Source of the DNA: Catajapyx aquilonaris
Lineage: Eukaryota
Length of the DNA: 58,159 nt
Reading direction: 5' to 3'
NCBI GenBank assembly: GCA_000934665.2
Contig: JYFJ02002370.1
Coordinates: forward strand, 1 to 58,159
Positions within the stretch are counted from its first letter, which is position 1. Each line of letters starts with the position of its first letter. Both the position numbers and the translations under genes were made by a program. The notes under the pieces are model-generated. The model saw only the letters and a program-made list of their open reading frames with translations. It was not told the DNA's origin and did no database searches. Below are positions 50,895 to 58,159 of the stretch, piece after piece.

Positions 50895-53373
50895 CCCCCA
50901 AAAAAATATAAAGCTGAAAATTGGCATGTGTGTAGAGAGACCTATTCTAAGTAAAATCTGAAAGTTCCCCAAAAATCCGAGCCCTGCTTCAGCCGCCATC
51001 TTGGAAAAATGGCGGCCAAAACACGCATCTACAAAGTATTTATTTTCTCCACAAGTAAGGCTCGAACGGTATTTTGTGTTCACGTCACATGCGAGCGGTA
51101 GCAATCAAGGCGTATTTTAAGACCATGCATGAACACATGAAGGCCATAGGTCATTCGCTGACCTCATTACATGCGGTTACTGCATTGAACTTCCGCATGT
51201 TTAGGAACAGTACGTGTGATGTACGCATCCTACGTGAATATGTTTCCAGTGAATGATATTAGCATAAAAGAAATATAGTATTAAAAATGAAACATAATTA
51301 ACAAGGGGAAAAATAGTATAAAAATAACAACAATGCAAGTGCAACATTAGATGAGACCTCTACGTTTATTAATGACAAGACCATTGTTACGACTCCGTAC
51401 TTTAGGACATTTATAGCATGTTACTAATTAAGAACGATGCAAATTATTATTATTATAAGACAACTATTATAACATGGGTTGCATGAAAGATAATACAGGA
51501 TGAATCTTACCAAGGCAGACCGTTATAAATCCCAGATATGAGCGTCATCATCATTGAAGGCATCCTCTGCTGTGTCAAGATCATTATCTTGAACACTGTC
51601 ATCTGGGACTTGCTCGTTGGTGCAGGATATTCCGTGGCAATAACTGCAATGTCCGTACATAGCAGGCCAGCTCGACGACATCCGCAACGGTTTGTGCAAA
51701 CCTCTTTGCAGAGGCACCTTATTAACTTGAGAACGTACTCTGGTGCTGGCGCCTTTGAAGTCGTGACTGGTTGCAAGCAACCGTTGCGCATCTGCCATCC
51801 CCATTCTATGGCAGGTAGGTTGCTTCCACGCCATTCTTGCACCTGATGATACACACGATATGAGTGCTGTCTTGCAGCTTCGGTTGTTGGTGGAAGACTG
51901 GCCAAATCGAAGGAGGTGCAACTAAGGGACATGCGACTGACAGTCCTGTTGTACGCATGGAATCTGGCTATGTCCAGGGATGCACACTGGCGCGAATTGT
52001 ACAATGCAAGAAGGAACTATTCCCCAGCTTTGGCCACATCATCCTTTGAGGATCCACGACTGTTGAATATGTCAACAAGATCACGCAAGTCAGTGAACTT
52101 TTCTAACAAGTTGAAAGCTTTTTTCTTCCCTTGTCTGAATGGAGCTGAAGTAGTATCACTTCCGGTGAAGGAATGGAGGAATAGTATTGCTGGAGTCATT
52201 GCACCGAGAGAGATCTGCAACTTCTTGGAGCTGTACACCTTCTGTGGTCTTCTTTGCGGGGGTGGCGTAACACGATATCATTTGACGTGGAATTTAGTGC
52301 AGTGATAAGCACAAGAAGATCCGTGTCCTCCCCAACAACTGCAACAGGTCCATTCGCATTACACTTTCCTATTGCCTATGTCCACATCAGCGTCCCCACG
52401 TGACTTGATAACACCAATACCAGCAACCATCATGCGATTTGCTAACACTTCAATTAACTTTACTTTGTTTGTTTGGTTGGACAGGAAGTGGGATTGAGAC
52501 GTGGTCACCGGCATGTGATCAGAGAATACTATATCTGCTGCTGCTGATTTCTTACTAGCCCTCCTTCTCCTCTCTTCGGTTTTTGTTGAACTGTCATCAT
52601 AGCCGTCAAATACGACATGTGTATTCTCCCCATATGACAATACGCGAGAAACGTAACAATCCAGCACATCCGCGTATGTGGCCGGACGTGGCCATACTGT
52701 AGAGTGGAGAAGATATCCGCCATCCAGCACAAACGCAGACACATGAGGCAGGACACTGTCGCATGGTACTCTCTCCTCCATTACATTGGCAAGTACTGCC
52801 TTGTTGGTTTTTCTGAATCCCACCTCGTCGAAAAGCGATGAGGGAAAAGGAGAGAATTCGTAACTGAAGCATTCCATGAGTTGCTCATCTGATCGAAAGA
52901 CACATACCAGACGGCTGAATAACTGCATTTGATTAATGACGCAATTATCGTCTTGTAGCTGAATACCCTTTGTCATATGGGCCAATGACTTCACTTTATC
53001 ACCTACCTGGAAACATATTCACGTAGGATGCGTACATCACACGTAATGTTCCTAAACATGCGGAAGTTCAATGCAGTAACCGCATGTAATGAGGTCAGCG
53101 AATGACCTATGACCTTCATGTGTTCATGCATGGTCTTAAAATACGCCTTGATTGCTACCTCTCACATGTGACGTGAACACAAAATACCGATCGAGCCTTA
53201 CTTGTGGAGAAAATAAATACTTTGTAGATGCGTGTTTTGGCCGCCATTTTTCCAAGATGGCGGCTGAAGCAGGGCTCGGATTTTTGGGGAACTTTCAGAT
53301 TTTACTTAGAATAGGTCTCTCTACACACATGCCAATTTTCAGCTTTATATTATTTTTTATAGGTTCACCTCTA
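50895..53373 (-). mobile_element. Internally deleted Academ (AcademX) DNA transposon with about 350-bp TIRs
   Basis: 50900-51249 is the reverse complement of 53007-53360. The right terminus reads 5'-TAGAGGTGAACC inward. The interior (51507-52994) encodes an XPG-like nuclease (VVFDGY..STK, GDADVDI, VVGEDTDLL, LHSFTGSDTTS), then LPPT..QHSYRVYHQVQEW..WGW and a Cys-rich C-terminus. Confidence 0.8.
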
Positions 53374-53509
53374 CATGATATTCTCCGTTTCCTGGACTAT
53401 AAGTTACATGTATACTTCAATATCGTCGTGAGAGTGATGGAAGGAGAAGGTGATTACGGCTCTCACCTTAATCGAGGAGAATTAAGGCAGACTCAAAAGG
53501 CTTGTCCCG

Positions 53510-53680
53510 ATCTTCCGATCTTGGAAAGCTGTTTGGGCGTCCGTCATGTACTGTGGATTCCTGATTGGCATATTTCTTGTGTTTCTGGGATCAATGATCT
53601 CTGGCAGAAGGCAATCCATGTAAAAGGCTTTCAATTTTGGCTCCATTTTTTGATCCCAAAACGTATCGTCCCGGAGTACC
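53510..53680 (-). mobile_element. YqaJ-like exonuclease fragment, copy 2 (internally shortened)
   Basis: LRDDTFWDQKMEPKLKAFYMDCLLPEIIDPRNTRNMPIRNPQY. Confidence 0.8.
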
Positions 53681-53736
53681 GCCTCGCAAAGCGAGTCACG
53701 CCATAAAACTGCACAGTACCAACAAAGGCAACTAAC

Positions 53737-53871
53737 CTGAGCATCCATGACAGTTTTGGCATCCTCTTCCTTTATGAAGGTGACGGTAGCAGAATTGAAG
53801 GCATTCCCAGGCTTATTAAGAATCTCCTCCACATGGACTGCCAGTATGTGCCCAAAGTCGTGGAGGTGTTT
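53737..53871 (-). other. 135-bp RRM exon, copy 2
   Basis: Same splice sites; KHLHDFGHILAVHVEEILNKPGNAFNSATVTFIKEEDAKTVMDAQ, frame open. Confidence 0.65.
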
Positions 53872-54523
53872 CTGCAAATGTTAACATGGGATGAGCCAAG
53901 GTTTTTAAAACCACAAGCTGACTTGCGTGTCCATATTTATGCAGCTACAAGTTCCCAATATTCTCTACTAGAAACAAGCGGCATCAACAGGGGAGCATAT
54001 CATCATACAATCAAGTAATGAAAAATCGAGTAATGAGTAGTGTGGCTCGTCTCTCGCCGGACGGGTATGGACTGCTCCACGTTGCATCGGAGCAAGCATG
54101 TGCCATTTGCAAGAGACGAGTGTATTGCCAAAAGCGGCAGGATATGATACATCCTTCACGTAATACACTGTCAGATACAACATACAAGCTACCTACAAGC
54201 TGCATGTTACATCCAAGTTGATTAGGCATGCCTTCTTCACATAAATGTGTTTCTCTTGGCCAAAAAACACACATGGCCCTGGTGGAGCATAACTTTCCTC
54301 CGAGTGTGGGTAGTTCATCTGAAGTAATAATAATAAAATATATGTAGCGCCTAAGGTACTGTATTTGGTACCAAAAACTGAAAAAAGAATTATGCGAGTT
54401 TCAAATATTCATGCATTTTTCAAAGTCAAATTTTATAACAATCTGTCAAGAGAAGATAATCTTGGATCCTGCATGACAAGTATTTTAAATGGACCTAAGC
54501 ATGGATAAATTCAAACAACGCTC

Positions 54524-54800
54524 TTACCTCTGACATTCGTCGTCGAAAATGTCCCTAAGCGAGCCGCTCTCCTCTTCTGCCCGTCTTTTGCAACATGTGA
54601 CCAACTTACGGCGAGCCACACTACCGGAGTGATTGTGTGGTGCACGTTCCCTACACATCCCGTTAGCCACCACCATTCTTGCAGGACAACTGTCCTTGAC
54701 ACATTTATAGTACTGCGATGTCCCCGCAGCACTGCTCTTTCTGCATGCGAAATTGTTCCTAACGTATACAACACAGCCCTTTTTTATGCCTTCTATTCTC
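54524..54800 (-). mobile_element. FLYWCH zinc-finger exon (MULE-type transposase N-terminus)
   Basis: YYKCVKDSCPARM..HNHS..CKRRAEEESGSLRDIFDDEC, ending at a donor-like ag|gtaaga. Confidence 0.7.
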
Positions 54801-55009
54801 TCCATGGCTGAGGTCACGAACAAGTCTCACAAACGGTCACGCAGACACCGAAGGGTACACTGTTAAAAAAAACAACAGAAGGTTAGCTGCCACAACATGG
54901 TCAGGGAAGGTCTCTGATTTTGTGGAGGAAGGTAGAAGTTTAACTATACACTTACTTTCGCATGTTTCACAGCTTCCCGCACATTGTCCTGTTGTTCGTA
55001 CTCCGAATA

Positions 55010-55368
55010 TGTTGAGTCACCTTCGGTAACACTGTCTTTCAACCAAACCAAACCATGGCGGTGTCGCATAATGCGCGCGGCAAGGTCTGGTTCCTTCCCA
55101 CAGGGCGCTTTTGTTTTTGAACCTTATCTCCTGGAACCGATCTTTCAATTTACTCCACACGTTTTCGATATGGTTAAGATCGGCACCCTTTGGTGGCCAG
55201 TTCAAAAAGCACACGGAGGGGTTGTTGTGGATCTAAACGGGAGGTGAACTTATTATGCAGTATTGAAGGCGTGTGGAACAGCATGTAATTATCACATATT
55301 GAGGCTTACCCATTCAGTCACAATATGAGCCATGTGAATCGGTGATCTGTCCCGGACCATATAGAAAC
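55010..55368 (-). mobile_element. Tc1/mariner transposase C-terminal fragment
   Basis: RDRSPIHMAHIVTEW and LNWPPKGADLNHIENVWSKLK (cf. WPxxSPDLNPIENxW). Confidence 0.85.
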
Positions 55369-55870
55369 AAATGACAGTCTTTAAAATTGACTCGAGCTTA
55401 TTTTGCTTTGCCTGAACTCGTTCAGCTGTCGCATTGTTGAGCTGTAGGTGAACTGGTACAGTCTTATTCTCCATTGTTTTTTTTTTTTTTAATTCAGGCT
55501 GTGCCATTACTACTGCCGCTTTGTGGACTTCAGATAGTATCATGTTCCCTAAATTTTCTTGAAGCAGATGTCCATGATATTGTTGGACTATTCATAAGTA
55601 TATCAAGTTTTGCCCCATTTTTCCACACTCCCAACACACCTTGTAACATATTCGAGAGGTATTCTCAGGAAATGTGTCTCGCGTTCTCCCAAGTCGTGCA
55701 CAATTTCTCCTGGAAATCAGTCAGCCACAGTTTCACTTACTCCTGGCTGGTCAAATCCACCCCAAATTTCGTTTGGAAGCGATGCTCCTCAGCAAATGGT
55801 CTCAGTTTCTCATAAGAGCACACGTGTTATTTTAACATACCATCATGTGTGGGAATAAGATCCTGCAGAA
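55369..55870 (-). mobile_element. hAT transposase N-terminal fragment (overlaps 49660-49760 in sequence)
   Basis: PVHLQLNNATAERVQAKQNKLESILKTVI. Nucleotide identity with the 49660-49760 hAT piece. Confidence 0.7.
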
Positions 55871-56145
55871 AGAATGATGTCAGTAGGGTAAATATTGCAC
55901 GTATAGGCGCCTTAGGAGGTATTCTTCCCAGATTCTTGCATCGTGGGCACTCCCTCGCCAGCGGGCAACAACATCCAAGACTTTGTTGTCTGCCCCACAC
56001 ACAACCTAAAATTTTATTTATAAGTTCAGAGACACACAGTCATGCAGGTACACTGCTCTCATTTTGCTGTTGCAGTCACATTACTGTCCATTACTAACAG
56101 TAGTAACAGTAGTCCAGTCTGCATTGTTTAGATTGAAACCTCACC

Positions 56146-56670
56146 TGCACGTTTCTGTTTTATGTACAGCTGGGGGAAACGCCCACCAGGGCTTTTGATC
56201 TTCATGTGGGTGGCGTCAATGAGGCGCACCACACCAGGAAATCCGGCAAACTGCCTGAACGCCCTCATCTGCTCCCTGGCCTGTGCTGGTGTCCCGGGGA
56301 ATTTGACGTGGTTTCTCCTTTCCTTTGCCAGGGCATGGGCAGCCTTCCTGGTGATGAGGCTGACGGTGAGGCTTAAGCGTGCAAGTCCCCCACGTCCTCT
56401 TGCATGTCGTTCCTGGCAAAAAAACGGAGGGCAACGAGGACCAGCAGCTCCACTGTCGGCGGTCTGCCTCTCTGGGTCGTCTGGTGCGGCCGCAGGTCGT
56501 CCCGCACCATGTCCGTAATCCGCATGGCGTTGACTTTAGAGAATCGGTACCGCCCCTTGAACTCCCACTGCGAGTACTCGCGATACGGATCCTTACGTTC
56601 GCGGTAAATCCTCAAACCCCGCCTTTGTCGTTCAACTTCACGCACAACCCTGCAACTGATCCTTGCAGTC
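56146..56670 (-). mobile_element. PIF/Harbinger (HARBI1-like) transposase N-terminal fragment
   Basis: YSQWEFKGRYRFSK..VLVALRFFA..QEDVGDLH, then HVKFP..AFRQFAGFPGVVRLIDATHMKIKSPGG..YINRN, ending at a gtgagg donor. Confidence 0.92.
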
Positions 56671-56674
56671 GTAC

Positions 56675-56960
56675 ACTGTTTGGGCGTCCGTAATGTGCTG
56701 TGGATTCCTGATTGGCATATTTCTGGTGTTTCTGGGATCAATGATCTCTGGCAGTAGGCAATCCATGTAAAAGGCTTTCAATTTTGGGCTCCATCTTTTG
56801 ACCCCAAAACGTATCGTCCCGGAGTATGCGTTCAGTCTTCGCCCCCTGATCGGTCCAAACTGCGAATATGGCCTCCTCGTCACATGGAGCTGCCCCTGGA
56901 CCTGATAGTAGTAGGGGTGGTTCGTGTTTATCCCTGTGATTTCGGTTTTCGCTCTGTTCA
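56675..56960 (-). mobile_element. YqaJ-like exonuclease fragment, copy 3
   Basis: NHPYYYQVQGQLHVTRR..FAVWT..ERILRDDTFW..KLKAFYMDCLLPEIIDPR. Confidence 0.82.
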
Positions 56961-57049
56961 CATTCCACACTGTTACTTTCCTTTGCAAAATGCGCCTCGC
57001 AAAGCGAGTCACTTCATAAAACTGCACAGTACCCACAGAGGCAACTAAC

Positions 57050-57184
57050 CTGAGCATCCATGACAGTTTTGGCACCCTTTTCCTTTGTGAAGGTGACAGT
57101 AGCTGAATTGAAGGCATTCCCAGGCTTATTAAGAATCTCCTCCACATGGACTGCCAGTATGTGCCCAAAGTCGTGGAGGTGTTT
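57050..57184 (-). other. 135-bp RRM exon, copy 3
   Basis: Same splice sites; KHLHDFGHILAVHVEEILNKPGNAFNSATVTFTKEKGAKTVMDAQ, frame open. Confidence 0.65.
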
Positions 57185-57549
57185 CTGCAAATGTTAACAT
57201 GGGATGAGCCAAGGTTTTTAAAACCACAAGCTGACTTGTCTGTCCATATTTATGCAGCTACAAGTTCACAATATTCTCTACTAGAAACAAGCGGCATCAA
57301 CAGGTGATCATACAATCAAGTAATGAAAAATCGAGTAATGAGTAGTGAAAAATGGAGCTGAGTACAATCTATGAAAAATGGCAGTGCAAATTACCTCGAC
57401 TTCTTTCCTCGTCCATGTTAGTGGAATAGGATAAAAATAAATTGTCTTCTGTATCTTAACATATCTCATTGCATTTGGGTCCTCGCTCTCTGAATCTGAA
57501 ACAAGTCGGAAAGATTACAACAACTCTGGACTCAATACGCATTGGTACT

Positions 57550-58159
57550 GTAAGTCATAGCATATACCTTCTTCACTCGCCAGTCACATTTTTCTGGAAT
57601 GAGATCATGAAATGCCTTTGCTCGTTGTTTATGAACACGCATTTCTACCATTAGTGCAACCTTTTTCTTTTCATCTATCTCTACTTGGATTTCACTCCTC
57701 AGGCGAGTACAAAATGTACAAGTATCGGTAGCAGGCGACGAAAAGCCAATGTTGAACTCTTTGTTAAAAATCCTTGAAAACATTGATCGTTTGACATGGA
57801 ATTCTGAAGCAACATACATTTTCATCAATATTTAGCGATACTCAAGTTGCTTGGTAAATAAACCCTCTTAGACTTTGCTCTGTTATAATGACTCTTTTCA
57901 CACCTGTCACACCTGAACTTTCTCCTTTTTGGATTCACCTTTTTTTGCTTTTCCTCCTCTTCCATCCTGAATAGGATTTTCCTCCCACGCTTGCTTTGCT
58001 GTAGTTAGAAGTCTTCTTACAGGTGATACTCCAGTGGCAGCCATAAACATCTTTTGACACACTGTGTCAGAGTTACGGCGACCCGACCATAAAGGCCCCG
58101 CGCCAATGTATCTCATCATCCACAATTATTCAAAGGCTAATCAAGAACAAGAATTTACA
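57550..58159 (-). mobile_element. Sola-like DNA transposase fragment
   Basis: VCQKMFMAATGVS..DGRGG, SHYNRAKSKRVYLPSNLSIAK and FSRIFNKEFNIGFSSPATDTCTFC..VHKQRAKAFHDL. The superfamily assignment is from recall of the motif family. Confidence 0.6.

Noticed and set aside
56373..56741. YqaJ-Harbinger fusion protein
   Set aside because: Fortuitous junction of two truncated fragments; the YqaJ part is out of frame in this ORF.

Overview
Eukaryotic, arthropod-like, gene-poor DNA with no intact cellular gene and no prokaryotic features. The window is a dense mosaic of short (0.2-2.5 kb), mostly truncated mobile-element fragments: Helitron, PIF/Harbinger, Academ, hAT, P, Transib, Tc1/mariner, MULE-FLYWCH, Sola-like, YqaJ-exonuclease-bearing elements, piggyBac-like, Gypsy, LINEs, a tRNA-derived SINE and several MITEs. 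It also holds an endogenised negative-strand RNA virus L (RdRp) gene, a possible viral glycoprotein remnant, and a triplicated host-like RRM exon. Almost every coding fragment lies on the minus strand; the one clear exception is a young LINE RT piece. Together with the viral insert and local duplications of chimeric fragments, this suggests a uni-strand (flamenco-like) piRNA cluster transcribed from the + strand. That interpretation is inference and needs small-RNA data. Family calls come from motif recognition by eye, and boundaries are approximate unless TIRs or TSDs are quoted.
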